Assembly (NCBI GenBank): GCA_963708045.1
Contig: OY970181.1
Span: 579,740-643,739, forward strand
Source: an uncultured bacterium
GTDB lineage: Bacteria; Patescibacteriota; Patescibacteriia; CAIQCM01
DNA length: 64,000 nt
Direction of reading: 5' to 3'
The notes under the pieces were generated by a model. The model was not told where the DNA came from, searched no databases, and saw nothing but the letters and a program-made list of their open reading frames with translations. The position numbers and the translations under genes were made by a program. Within the stretch, counting starts at the first letter, position 1; each line of letters opens with the position of its first letter. Shown piece after piece: positions 42,730 to 52,704 of this stretch.

Positions 42730-43317
42730 ATGCTTGAACACCTTTTTGGTTCAAAAACGCGAGTTCGTCTGCTCCGGCTTTTTCTTCATCATCCTGATGA
42801 CGCTTTTTTTGTACGCGAACTTGCGCGGCGCACCAATATTCAAATGCATGCCGTGCGTCGGGAAATTGATAACCTAATTAAGTTTGGCTTGCTTCTGGAA
42901 GATGTTAAAGCGGTTCCCGCTGAAGGATCTGGCCCCGTCGGCCAGCGTCGTTATTTGCGGCTGAATAAAAATTTTATTTTGTACAAAGAGCTTTACGCTT
43001 TGCTCATAAAATCACAAGTTCTTTTGGAAGAAAATTTTGTAAAAAAGATCCGTGACATTGGCACGATAAAATATTTGGCGCTGACTGGGCGTTTTGTGAA
43101 CGAGCCGGAAATGCCGACCGACTTACTTATCGTCGGACGGGTGAACCGCGATCGGCTGGAGCGGCTAACGCGCGATTTTGAACGCGAGTTTGGCGCGGAA
43201 GTTCGTTTCACAATGTTAACACCTCAAGAATACCAATATCGCCGTCAAGTTGGCGACAAGTTCCTTTACCAGATTTTGGACGGCAAAAAAATTGACGTGG
43301 TCGCTGACGAAATATGA
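42730..43317 (+). CDS. Winged-helix transcriptional regulator-like protein with degenerate nucleotidyltransferase-like C-terminal region
   Basis: The N-terminal TRVRLLRLFLHHPDDAFFVRELARRTNIQMHAVRREIDNLIKFGLL is a wHTH (ArsR/PadR-like). The C-terminal LTGRF...DLLIVG resembles a minimal NTase fold but lacks a full DxD. Confidence 0.4.
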   Translation: MLEHLFGSKTRVRLLRLFLHHPDDAFFVRELARRTNIQMHAVRREIDNLIKFGLLLEDVKAVPAEGSGPVGQRRYLRLNKNFILYKELYALLIKSQVLLEENFVKKIRDIGTIKYLALTGRFVNEPEMPTDLLIVGRVNRDRLERLTRDFEREFGAEVRFTMLTPQEYQYRRQVGDKFLYQILDGKKIDVVADEI

Positions 43318-43673
43318 TGATTGCTTTTGATACAACGGAGCGCGGCGTCGTTCGCGTTCGCCTTGACGATAATGGTAAAATTGTTCGCCGAACACGAAAG
43401 ATGTTCGCTGACGACCTGCTTAATTTTATAGACGCACTCATTAAAAAAAATCGTCCCGTCGCGCTCGCGGTCGTTAATGGACCAGGTGCTTTTAGCGCGA
43501 CTAGGAACGGTGTTGCGATTGGGAATGCTTTAGCGTATGGTTGGGGTCTTCCGATTTCCGCGCTTACCAAAGAACAGTTTGAATCTCCGGCCGAACTTCC
43601 CAAAAAGGGGAGAGCGAGTGTCGCTGTTTACTACGGCGCTTTGCCGAACATTACCGCTAAAAAGAGTAAATGA
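43314..43673 (+). CDS. tsaB: Short TsaB/YeaZ-like protein (tRNA t6A biosynthesis partner), truncated form
   Basis: IAFDTTERGVVRV...LLNFIDALIKKNRPVALAVVNGPGAFSATRNGVAIGNALAYGWGLPISAL matches the N-terminal half of TsaB (IAIDTS...GPGSFTGLRIG...A.GLA). It is only 119 aa and overlaps the upstream gene by 4 nt. Confidence 0.5.
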   Translation: MMIAFDTTERGVVRVRLDDNGKIVRRTRKMFADDLLNFIDALIKKNRPVALAVVNGPGAFSATRNGVAIGNALAYGWGLPISALTKEQFESPAELPKKGRASVAVYYGALPNITAKKSK

Positions 43674-43759
43674 AACACACGTCATGAACCTTGTACCATG
43701 TACCACGTACCATACGGATGGTTCATGGTTCATTGTCCATGGTTCATGTTCCATAAAAT

Positions 43760-45292
43760 ATGAAACTCACCGACCATCAAAAAATTCGTATCCTAGAAAT
43801 TATCCCCGGCGCGCTTATTTGGGCAACACTCATCGCCGCGGTTGTCCTTTCGTTTATCCGCCCGCTTTGGGTTATTTATTTTATCGTTATTTTTGACGTC
43901 TATTGGCTAATCCGCATCGCTTATTTTGCGATCTTTCTTATTTCATCTTGGCGCATTTATCGGCGAAATTTAAAAATTGATTGGGGAAAAAAGGCGAGCG
44001 AATGCGCGGCGTCGGCCAATCTCAATCATTTAATTTTTTTGCCGACGGTCAAAGAGCCTTATGAAGTTTTAAAAACGACTTTTGAAGCCATTGCCGCTTC
44101 AAAATATCCGCTTGATAAAATAATGATTGTTTTGGGTGGTGAAGAGCGTGTCAAGGATCTTTTTTTGCCAAAAGCCGAACGTTTAGTGCAAGAATATGGC
44201 GATGTTTTTAAAAAAGTTTTCATTACTTTGCATAAAGTAATGCCCGGCGAAATGGTCGGGAAAAGCGCTAATTTAAATTCCGCCGCACGCGAAGTTAAGC
44301 CGCAACTTGAGGCAATGGGGATTAAACCTGAAGATATTTTGGTTTCTTCTTTTGACTGCGACACCATTGTTCACCCGCAATATTTGGCACACCTTACTTA
44401 TGTTTACTGCCAAACACCCGATCCGACCCATAGTTCGTATCAACCGATGGTTGTTTACAATAATAATATTTGGGATGCGCCAGCGGCTTTGCGCGTGGCC
44501 GCTTTTGGCACGACATTTTGGCTAATGACCGAACTTGCGCGACCCGAATTTATGGCGACTTTTTCTTCACACGCAATGCCGTGGAAAATGTTGGTTGACG
44601 TTGGTTATTGGCAAGCTGACATCGTGTCCGAAGATTCGCGAATTTTTCTCCAAGCCTTTGTTCATTATAACGGCAACTATCGCGTAACGCCGCTCTATAT
44701 TCCCGTTTCAATGGATACCGTCGGATCGGATAGTTACTGGGGTTATTTTAAAGGACTTTATAAACAACAGCGTCGTTGGGCGTGGGGTGTTGAAAATTTT
44801 CCTTATCTGGCTTGGGAAATGCGAAAAAAAACGCGGCCTAATTTTCCCAAGGGGAAAAAGTGGTTTATGATTTTTCGCACGCTAGAAGGAATGTATTCGT
44901 GGGCAACGGCGCCGATTTTGATGTTTGTTTTGGGACGCCTGCCGCTATATTTAACGCGCGGCGTTGATCGCGAAGCCGCTTTTGTTCAAAACACGCCATT
45001 TACGCTCCAATATGTGATGACAATCGCGATGGTCGGGACGATAATTGCGATGACGCTGGCAACGAGAATGCTTCCGCGCCGTCCAGAAACGAAAAAACGT
45101 TGGAATTGGATCGTGATGATTTTGCAGTGGGCGCTTACGCCGATTACTTTTGTTGTTTTTGGTTCTTTCCCGGCGATTGATGCGCAAACGCGGTTGATGC
45201 TTGGCGGTCGTTTCCGTTTAGGTTTTAACGTTAGCGAAAAAGCCAAACGCCCCGTTGGAACAATCGCCGCCTTTTCCGAAATTAAAAAATAA
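43760..45292 (+). CDS. Processive family-2 glycosyltransferase (cellulose/chitin/hyaluronan-synthase-like), integral membrane
   Basis: Two N-terminal TM helices. The GT2 motifs are LIFLPTVKEPYEVLKTTFEAIAASKYP, SFDCDTIVHP (DxD region) and the processive Q(Q/R)xRW motif YKQQRRWAWG. Multiple C-terminal TM helices. Confidence 0.75.
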   Translation: MKLTDHQKIRILEIIPGALIWATLIAAVVLSFIRPLWVIYFIVIFDVYWLIRIAYFAIFLISSWRIYRRNLKIDWGKKASECAASANLNHLIFLPTVKEPYEVLKTTFEAIAASKYPLDKIMIVLGGEERVKDLFLPKAERLVQEYGDVFKKVFITLHKVMPGEMVGKSANLNSAAREVKPQLEAMGIKPEDILVSSFDCDTIVHPQYLAHLTYVYCQTPDPTHSSYQPMVVYNNNIWDAPAALRVAAFGTTFWLMTELARPEFMATFSSHAMPWKMLVDVGYWQADIVSEDSRIFLQAFVHYNGNYRVTPLYIPVSMDTVGSDSYWGYFKGLYKQQRRWAWGVENFPYLAWEMRKKTRPNFPKGKKWFMIFRTLEGMYSWATAPILMFVLGRLPLYLTRGVDREAAFVQNTPFTLQYVMTIAMVGTIIAMTLATRMLPRRPETKKRWNWIVMILQWALTPITFVVFGSFPAIDAQTRLMLGGRFRLGFNVSEKAKRPVGTIAAFSEIKK

Positions 45293-45298
45293 TTAGGT

Positions 45299-47269
45299 AT
45301 GGAATCACCGTCTTTTCATCATTTAGGGTCGCCGCCCCCAGCGCGCAAACACAATAATGTTTTAACAGTTATTGTTATCGTTGCCGCAATTTTTGTTTTA
45401 GCAGGCGGCGTTTTTTCCTTCGCCGGTTATCGCGGATACCGCGAAGCAATGGTCGGCCGCGTCGCCGTGCTCGCCGCCGTTGACGAAGCTAAAGGTTATA
45501 ATTTTTCAGCGGCCGCAATTCATTTGCGTGACGCTTCAAAACATTTAGCTGCGGCAAAAAATTATCTTCAACCGCTCGCGCCACTTAGCGTTTTGCCGAT
45601 AGTGGGGAATGACATAAAAGCCGCGCGGCAGATTGTCAGTTCAAGTTATGACGCGGTGCTTGCCTTCTCAAGAATCGCCGACGTCGGCGATAATTTGGTT
45701 AAAGCCTTAAGTGTGGCGCAAGATTTTTCAGCTTCCAATTTAACCATAAAAAATGGCGTTGAAGCATTTTTCCGTTTGCCTGTTTCTGATCGGCAAAAAG
45801 TTTTAGCAACGCTGGACGGACTTAGTGAAAAATTAGATTCGTCTACTAGCCTCATTGGCAAAGCGCTGAGTGGTTTTGAAAATTTGCCGCCGACAAAATT
45901 TCTTTCCTCGCTTTCGGCCTCGCTTAACCCGCTCATTAGCGAACTAAAAAGCGCTCGCGCCGAACTGGATACGGTAAAAAGCGCGGCCGAACTTTTGCCG
46001 GCGCTTTCAGGCTATCCTGTGCCAATAACTTATTTGGTCGTTTTGGAAAACAACACCGAACTCCGTCCAAGCGGCGGCTTTATTGGCCTTCTCGCGAGCG
46101 TTCAAATTAATGCCGGCGGCATTGGCAATATAAAAGCCGAGGATGTTTATGCCGTTGACGGGGCAAACGGCGACAAGCTTAAGACTGTGCCGCCTGCGCC
46201 GCTTGCAAAATATTTGAACGTAAAAAAATGGTTTTTGCGCGACGCTAATTGGTCGCCCGATTTTCCGACGAGCGCCAAAAAAATCGTTGAGTTTTATAAA
46301 ATTGAAAGTGGTCCTGCGCCAATCGCCGGCGTAATTTCCGTTGATATAAATTTTGCCGAGGATCTTTTAAAAATCGTCGGGCCGACCAAAATCGGGGAGT
46401 CGCTTTTTACGGCGGAAAACGCCGCTGATGAAATTGAGTATCAAGTGGAAAAAGGTTTTGATAAAAAAGGCTTGCCGATCGCCCAGCGTAAAGACGTGGT
46501 CATTGGTCTGATTTACGAAATTTTTAAAAAAGCCGTGGCCTTGCCGCCTCAAGATTGGCAAAAAGTTGTTGACGCCCTTCTAAATAATTTAAACGAAAAA
46601 CACGTTCAGATTGCGCCCTTTCTAAATCCCGCCGCCGCTTTTGCCGCGGCACGCGGTTATGACGGCGCGCTTAAGCCGTATGCCGGTGATACGCTGATGC
46701 TGGTTGACGCCAACCTCGCCGCTTTTAAAACCGACGAAGTAATGGATCGCAAAATTGATTACAAAATTGTTCCCTCGGAACGCGGCCTTATTGCGACGGT
46801 AACAATGACGTATAAAAATAACGGGAAATTTAGTTGGAAGACAACGCGCTATCGCGACTACCTGCGTCTTTATGTTCCTTTGGGGAGTTCTCTTATTAGC
46901 TCAACCGGCGCGATGGAGAACGATAAAATTCTTGATCCCAAAAAAACACCTGGCAAAATTGATATTAGCGACGAGCTCGGACGCACGGTTTTCGGCGCTT
47001 TTCTTAGTGTTGAACCGGGCGAAACAAAACAAATTTCTTTCTCTTATCTTTTGCCGGTTTCAATCTTCAATTCGGCAGTGAACGGCGCTTATCAGCTTAA
47101 CGTTATAAAACAAGCCGGAACTTTTGCCGTGCCTTTGACGCTTAGCCTAAATTTTGGTAAGAACATAGCGCAAGCCAACCCCCCCGAAGCGCGGCAAAAC
47201 TGGGGCGACCGTCTTTATTCGTTTGTGACTGACCTTCGTATTAACAGGGAGTTTGTTGTTGGATTTTAA
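45299..47269 (+). CDS. Membrane-anchored extracytoplasmic protein, possibly DUF4012 family, likely partner of the upstream GT2 synthase
   Basis: 656 aa. An N-terminal TM helix (VLTVIVIVAAIFVLAGGVFSFA) is followed by a large soluble domain (LVVLENNTELRPSGGFIGLLASVQINAGGIG...). It starts 7 nt after the GT2 stop. An internal poly-C(7) tract lies at 47177-47183. Confidence 0.45.
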   Translation: MESPSFHHLGSPPPARKHNNVLTVIVIVAAIFVLAGGVFSFAGYRGYREAMVGRVAVLAAVDEAKGYNFSAAAIHLRDASKHLAAAKNYLQPLAPLSVLPIVGNDIKAARQIVSSSYDAVLAFSRIADVGDNLVKALSVAQDFSASNLTIKNGVEAFFRLPVSDRQKVLATLDGLSEKLDSSTSLIGKALSGFENLPPTKFLSSLSASLNPLISELKSARAELDTVKSAAELLPALSGYPVPITYLVVLENNTELRPSGGFIGLLASVQINAGGIGNIKAEDVYAVDGANGDKLKTVPPAPLAKYLNVKKWFLRDANWSPDFPTSAKKIVEFYKIESGPAPIAGVISVDINFAEDLLKIVGPTKIGESLFTAENAADEIEYQVEKGFDKKGLPIAQRKDVVIGLIYEIFKKAVALPPQDWQKVVDALLNNLNEKHVQIAPFLNPAAAFAAARGYDGALKPYAGDTLMLVDANLAAFKTDEVMDRKIDYKIVPSERGLIATVTMTYKNNGKFSWKTTRYRDYLRLYVPLGSSLISSTGAMENDKILDPKKTPGKIDISDELGRTVFGAFLSVEPGETKQISFSYLLPVSIFNSAVNGAYQLNVIKQAGTFAVPLTLSLNFGKNIAQANPPEARQNWGDRLYSFVTDLRINREFVVGF

Positions 47270-47371
47270 TATGAAGCATGAAACATAAAGCATGAAACAC
47301 TTTGGTCGCCCCGATGGTCATCGGGTGGTATTAATGCTTCATGTTGCGTGCTTCGTGTTTCATTCATAAAT

Positions 47372-48379
47372 ATGTTCATAAAAAAGATTGCCATTGATCT
47401 CGGAACAACCAGCGTTTTGGTCTACGTGCCAAAGCGCGGTGTTGTTATAAACGAACCGTCGGTCGTGGCGATTTCCACAATTGATAAAAAAATAATGGCC
47501 GTTGGCAAAGAAGCTAAAGAAATGCTCGGCCGCACGCCGGACACGATTGTTGCCGTGCGTCCGCTAAAGGACGGCGTTATTGCCGACTACAAAACGACCG
47601 AGGCAATGCTTAGATATTTTATCAACAAGGCTGTTGGCGGTTTTCGTTTGTTTCGTCCCGAAGTAATGGTCGCCGTTCCGGGCGGGATCACTTCCACTGA
47701 ACGTCGCGCCGTTATTGACGCAACGATCGCCGCAGGCGCGCGCGCCGCTTATATCATCAAAGAACCAATTGTGGCTGCCATTGGTGCCGATATTCCGATC
47801 GGTTCGGCTTCCGGCCATATGATTATTGACATTGGCGGCGGCACAGCCGAAATCGCGGTCATCTCCTTGGGCGGCATTGTCGCATCCGACTCGGTCAGAA
47901 TCGGCGGCAATAAATTTGATCTGGCGATTGCCGAACATATTCGCCGCAAGTACGGACTCGCGATTGGCGAACGTACGGCCGAAGACATTAAAATCAACAT
48001 CGGCTCGGCGCTTTACTTGGACGACAAGCTCACAATGGAAATAAAAGGCCGCGATATGGTTTCTGGTCTGCCAAAAAATATCACCGTTACTTCCGAAGAC
48101 GTGACTGATGCGATCTCGGACGAGCTTCAGGGAATTGTCGCCGCGATTAAAGAAGTAATGCACCGAACGCCGCCCGAACTTTGCGCCGACGTGATGGAAA
48201 AGGGGATGATGATGTCTGGCGGTTCGTCTTTGCTCCGAAATATTGACCAGCTTTTTGGCCAAGCCATCGGCGTTCCGTGCTACGTTGCCGACGATTCGCT
48301 CTACTGCGTCGTTAAAGGCACAGGCATTGCGCTGGAAAATCTTGAAAGCTACAAGCGCTCAATTTTGGCTACAAGATAG
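47372..48379 (+). CDS. mreB: Rod-shape determining actin-like protein MreB
   Basis: The phosphate-1 loop is IAIDLGTTSVLVYV...GVVINEPSVVAI. Also present are DIGGGTAEIAVISLGGIV, SGGSSLLRNIDQL and VADDSLYCVVKGTG. The start is adjusted to MFIKK (47372). Confidence 0.9.
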   Translation: MFIKKIAIDLGTTSVLVYVPKRGVVINEPSVVAISTIDKKIMAVGKEAKEMLGRTPDTIVAVRPLKDGVIADYKTTEAMLRYFINKAVGGFRLFRPEVMVAVPGGITSTERRAVIDATIAAGARAAYIIKEPIVAAIGADIPIGSASGHMIIDIGGGTAEIAVISLGGIVASDSVRIGGNKFDLAIAEHIRRKYGLAIGERTAEDIKINIGSALYLDDKLTMEIKGRDMVSGLPKNITVTSEDVTDAISDELQGIVAAIKEVMHRTPPELCADVMEKGMMMSGGSSLLRNIDQLFGQAIGVPCYVADDSLYCVVKGTGIALENLESYKRSILATR

Positions 48380-48480
48380 GGTTTAGCGTATAGCGTATAG
48401 GGGATAGAGTTTTTTCTACACCCCTAAACCCTATACCCTTGACCCTATACCCTAAAGCTCGTCGTTATTTTTTTAATTTT

Positions 48481-49668
48481 ATGTACTCAGAAAATCGGCC
48501 GCCGGAGTTAGCTGAAAATACTGTTCCCAAAAAAGAAATACGGGAACTTTCGGGGGAACGTAAAAAAGCCCTTGCCGACCTTTGGACCGAGGTTGCAATT
48601 GATAACGCGATTCCGCCGCAGGAAATTGAAGCGATGTCGTCGGCGGAGATAAAAAAATGGCTTTTTGAATCACTGATGTCTGATGTGGATATTTTGGCCG
48701 AAGAATGGGGGATGGATTTAGACGTCGCTTTGATTGAAAAAATTCAGCAGACTGAGTCTGGTTTTGAACGTGAAAAATTGGAAATTGAATACTTCCTCGC
48801 CGCACACGCAAAAATAGACGAGCGGGTTAAAAAATTTTCCCGTTCGCCAGAAAAAAGCGCCAAATGGGATTCGTGGCCAAAAAAGATGCGCGAAACCGGC
48901 GAATTTAATTGTGTCGGCGCAACTCTTCTCGGAATCCGCGCCTTAGGCGCGGCGGGAATTGAAAATTATCTTGGCAATCCGTATGGCCACGCCGTTAATA
49001 TAGTCAAAACTTCGGCCGGCAATTGGTTTTATGTTGATTTTCGGAACGGAAAAAGGAATGTGTTTAATTTAGAACCGGAAATTGTCAAAATTAACGAAGT
49101 GACCGTTTTAAAGGTAAAAAGTCCGAGAACAGATTATCGTTTAATTCCCATCGACGACGTTGAAGATATTTCAAGTTCAATTATTGCAAATTTTTCTTCG
49201 CTCGCGCGGGAGGCTGTTGATCCGTCCGTTCCCGACCAAAGCCCAGAAAAAAAGGACGCCAAAGAAATTATGGATCGCTACGGAGCCAAGCTTAACTGCG
49301 AGGAGTTGGATGATTTTGACGAAGCGCTTTTCCCTGGGATAATTCATTTTGACGAGACTCCGGAAACACAAGAAGAGAAGCGTCGCCTAAAAAGCCAGAG
49401 AAATTTTGAAGATGAGATTGCTGTTTATCTTCGCGCGTTTCCGGATGGAACTGAAGAGCGAGAGCGTATTAACGCAGAAATTAAAAAAAATTGGGAAAAG
49501 ATGATAGCTTTTATTCTCCGCGACGATCGGACAATCTTTGAAGGCGCGAGCGATAATTTTAAGGCGTTTTTAAAAGTTTTGGATGGCGCGCTCAGTCGTT
49601 TAAAAAGCCAGCCGCCGGAAATTCGCGACGAAGTCATCGCGACGCTCATTGGCAGAATAAAAAGCTAG
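48481..49668 (+). CDS. Hypothetical protein with transglutaminase-like Cys-His-Asp core
   Basis: GEFNCVGATLLGIRALGAAGIENYLGNPYGHAVNIVKTSAGNWFYVDFRNG follows the transglutaminase-like cysteine-protease pattern (C ... H ... D with the G.C..A.L sheet). The start is adjusted to MYSENRPPE (48481). Confidence 0.4.
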   Translation: MYSENRPPELAENTVPKKEIRELSGERKKALADLWTEVAIDNAIPPQEIEAMSSAEIKKWLFESLMSDVDILAEEWGMDLDVALIEKIQQTESGFEREKLEIEYFLAAHAKIDERVKKFSRSPEKSAKWDSWPKKMRETGEFNCVGATLLGIRALGAAGIENYLGNPYGHAVNIVKTSAGNWFYVDFRNGKRNVFNLEPEIVKINEVTVLKVKSPRTDYRLIPIDDVEDISSSIIANFSSLAREAVDPSVPDQSPEKKDAKEIMDRYGAKLNCEELDDFDEALFPGIIHFDETPETQEEKRRLKSQRNFEDEIAVYLRAFPDGTEERERINAEIKKNWEKMIAFILRDDRTIFEGASDNFKAFLKVLDGALSRLKSQPPEIRDEVIATLIGRIKS

Positions 49669-49729
49669 GTACCTAGGATAAAGTATTTAATCCAAATTCC
49701 TAAAACTCTATACCCTATACCCAAAACCC

Positions 49730-50815
49730 TTGACCCTAAACCCTATGCTCATCGGAATAGACGCCTCGCGCGCCGAGGCAAAAATTAAAACTGGCGTTGA
49801 GCGGTATTCGTTTGAACTAATCCGCGCGCTGCGCGCTTCTCTTCCGATGAACACGGAGGTTGTTTTGTATTCGCGCGTGCCGCTAAGTTCCGAGCTCGGA
49901 CCGTTTAACGAAAATTGGAAAAACGTCGTTTTGAGCTGGCCGCCCAAGCGGCTTTGGACGCAGTTTCGTTTAAGCTGGGAAATGTTTCGCCGCCCGCCGG
50001 ACGTCTTGTTTATTCCAAGCCACGAATTGCCGCGGATTATCGCGAAAAAAACAGTGAAGACAGTACACGACGCGTTTTTTATGGATAATCCGAAAATGTT
50101 TCCGTGGCACGAGCGAATATTTTTAAAGGCAAGCCTTTTTGATTCTTGCCGCCGCGCGAACACAATTATTGTTCCGTCAAATTTTGTAGCGCAGCAAATC
50201 AATAAATGGCGAAAGGAAAATGTTACAGTTATACCTCATGGCGTCAGAGTTTCTCGTATGTCAGATCCACAAGCCACAAGCTACAAGCCACAAGCCTACT
50301 TTATTGTCCTAGGGCGGATTGAAAAAAAGAAAAATTTGGACGTTGTGATTGATGCCTTTAATGAATTTGTAAAAAATCACCCCGACTACAAATTATATTT
50401 TGTCGGACGCTTTGCAAACGGCGCGGAAGAAATTGTAAAACGTGCACAAAAAACCGCCGCCATAAAGAATATTGAATTTTTGGGCGCGCTACCTGACGCC
50501 GAGATGTTTTCTTTAATGAAGGGTGCAGTCGCCTTGCTTCACCCTTGTCCGTATGAGGGGTTTGGTCTGCCAGCGATTGAAGCAATGTCTTTAGGCGTGC
50601 CCGTCATTGTCGCTGCTGAAGGCGCAATTGCCGAAGCCGTGGGCGACGCCGGCCTTAGCGCCCCGCCCTTTGATGCGGCTAAATGGGCCGAAGCGATGAA
50701 CCAGATCACTTTTGATATTTTTAGAAAAAATTTAATAGAAAAAGGTTTAGCTCGCGCAAAAGATTTCACCTGGCCAAAATCCGCCGCCCAAACTTGGCGT
50801 GCACTTATTGGTTAG
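49730..50815 (+). CDS. Glycosyltransferase family 4 (group 1)
   Basis: The C-terminal GT-B motifs are GRIEKKKNLDVVIDAF, LLHPCPYEGFGLPAIEAMSLGVPVIV and E..G. An internal tandem nucleotide repeat (ccacaagccacaagctacaagccacaagcc) encodes PQATSYKPQA. Confidence 0.85.
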   Translation: MTLNPMLIGIDASRAEAKIKTGVERYSFELIRALRASLPMNTEVVLYSRVPLSSELGPFNENWKNVVLSWPPKRLWTQFRLSWEMFRRPPDVLFIPSHELPRIIAKKTVKTVHDAFFMDNPKMFPWHERIFLKASLFDSCRRANTIIVPSNFVAQQINKWRKENVTVIPHGVRVSRMSDPQATSYKPQAYFIVLGRIEKKKNLDVVIDAFNEFVKNHPDYKLYFVGRFANGAEEIVKRAQKTAAIKNIEFLGALPDAEMFSLMKGAVALLHPCPYEGFGLPAIEAMSLGVPVIVAAEGAIAEAVGDAGLSAPPFDAAKWAEAMNQITFDIFRKNLIEKGLARAKDFTWPKSAAQTWRALIG

Positions 50816-50890
50816 CTTTTAGTTTTTAGAAGGGGTATAATATTTAAAAGCTGTTACTGAGCGTTCATTCTTTGTTATTTTGATCTTTCA

Positions 50891-52663
50891 ATGGAAAAAG
50901 AAAAAACCATAAAAATTTTAAATTTAAAAACGCTTCTGGCGGTTTTGTTTTTTGGTATTTTTGGATTTCTTTTTAGCGCACATTCGGCTTTGGCTGCATC
51001 ATTATATATTTCGCCGTCTTCAGCCTCGGTTGCTCCTGGGAAAAGTGTAACTGTGTCTATCGGCGTCGTAAGTTCCGACCAAGCAATGAACGCGGCTTCT
51101 GGCGTTTTAACTTTCCCCGCCGATAAGTTAGAAGTTGTTTCTGTCTCCAAAACCGGTTCCATTATCAGTTTGTGGGTACAAGAACCGTCGTCAACCGCAA
51201 GCACGGTTAATTTTGAAGGAATTGTTTTAAACCCGGGTTACACTGGTTCGGCTGGAAAAATTCTTTCTGTTACTTTTAAAGCTAAAGCCGCCGGCGCCGC
51301 TAATCTTTCTTTTTCTTCGGGCTCGGTTTTAGCGAACGATGGTGAGGGAACGAATATTCTTTCGGGAATGGGCAAAGCCACAATAACAATTACTGGTGCT
51401 ACGGAAAAACCCGAAACGCCTGTTTCGCCAGTTGTTCCACCAACCGAAAACCAGCCAACCACAGCCAACCTTCCGCCGACACCGGTTGTGGCTTCGGTTA
51501 GTCATCAAAATCCAAACATTTGGTATCAAAACACCACGGTTGATTTTCACTGGACGCTTCCTAAGGGCGTGACGGCGGTGAGTTATCTTGTGAACGATAA
51601 ACCGGAATCAAATCCGGGAACGGTTTCCGATGGTCTTGTTTCTTCATATTCCTTAAAAAACGCGAGCGACGGGATTGGTTATTTCCATCTTCGGTATAAA
51701 AATTCCGCCGGTTGGGGACCGATTGCGGACTTCCGTTTTCAAGTTGATACAACCACACCTGCGCCCTTTGGCATAAAACAAATTGAACGATCAGGCGCGA
51801 ACGTTTCGGAGCCAGCGTTTGTCTGGGGTGCGACCGATACAATTTCGGACATTGATCGCTACGAAGTAAAAATTGACGACGGTGCGGCAATCAAAATCGC
51901 CGCCAATCAAATAACATCAGAAAATCCGTACCTACTTCCATCTGGGCTTTCTGGTAATCATCGTCTTTTGGTTACGGCTTTTGATAAAGCTGGTAATCAT
52001 AGTTCGGCAAATGCTGATTTTACCGTGAGCGCGCTTGAAAAACCGATAATAACGAGATATTCGCAACGTCTGAATGCTGGCGAACAAATGGTTGTAGAAG
52101 GAAAAACGGGTTATCCGGAAATGCCAATCTTAATTTTTGTTGAAGTTAATGGCGATAATCCAAAAATCACTACGGTACGTACCGATGCGCAGGGCAGCTT
52201 CTATTATATTGATTCCGAGCGCGTGAGCGCTGGCATATACAAAATTTGGGCGCAAACGGTTAATGAAAAAGGTATTAAGAGTCCGGCTAGCGACCAAGTA
52301 ACAATAATCGTTGAAGCAGCTGCGTTTGATGGTTCTTGGAAATATCTCATCGTTCTTATTGCGCTGCTGTTAGTTGTTATTCATATCTATATATTTTTAC
52401 GCCGCCGCCGAGAATTATTTCTGCGAAAAGAGAACATTAGAAACGGTTCGGGTGAATTGCAAGAAGCGCTGCATCAAGCTTTTACCCTCCTAAAAGAACG
52501 TCTTTATGCGCAAGTCAGAAACTTGGAGCACGCGAGCGAAAAGCGTCGTCTTACCATTTTGGAAGAAAGAATGATTAAAGAAATTAAAAAAGATTTGGCC
52601 GACGCGGAAAAAATGTTAAGCGATAAAATTAGCAAGTTAAAACGCGGTAAAAACCGGGTATAA
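50891..52663 (+). CDS. Cohesin-domain-containing surface protein with Fn3/Ig-like domains and a C-terminal TM anchor plus cytoplasmic coiled-coil tail
   Basis: Signal/TM LAVLFFGIFGFLFSAHSALA. The cohesin-like N-terminal segment is SLYISPSSASVAPGKSVTVSIGVVSSDQAMNAASGVLTFPADKLEVVSV. The C-terminal TM helix is YLIVLIALLLVVIHIYIFL, followed by RRRRE and a Lys/Glu-rich tail. Confidence 0.55.
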   Translation: MEKEKTIKILNLKTLLAVLFFGIFGFLFSAHSALAASLYISPSSASVAPGKSVTVSIGVVSSDQAMNAASGVLTFPADKLEVVSVSKTGSIISLWVQEPSSTASTVNFEGIVLNPGYTGSAGKILSVTFKAKAAGAANLSFSSGSVLANDGEGTNILSGMGKATITITGATEKPETPVSPVVPPTENQPTTANLPPTPVVASVSHQNPNIWYQNTTVDFHWTLPKGVTAVSYLVNDKPESNPGTVSDGLVSSYSLKNASDGIGYFHLRYKNSAGWGPIADFRFQVDTTTPAPFGIKQIERSGANVSEPAFVWGATDTISDIDRYEVKIDDGAAIKIAANQITSENPYLLPSGLSGNHRLLVTAFDKAGNHSSANADFTVSALEKPIITRYSQRLNAGEQMVVEGKTGYPEMPILIFVEVNGDNPKITTVRTDAQGSFYYIDSERVSAGIYKIWAQTVNEKGIKSPASDQVTIIVEAAAFDGSWKYLIVLIALLLVVIHIYIFLRRRRELFLRKENIRNGSGELQEALHQAFTLLKERLYAQVRNLEHASEKRRLTILEERMIKEIKKDLADAEKMLSDKISKLKRGKNRV

Positions 52664-52704
52664 AAAGCGTTGCCTCGGCCGCTTAATAAAGCTATACTCT
52701 AGGT

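Noticed and set aside
47564-48262. 232-aa minus-strand ORF antisense to mreB
   Set aside because: The MreB reading frame is strongly supported by motifs. The antisense product is Arg/Gly-rich junk.
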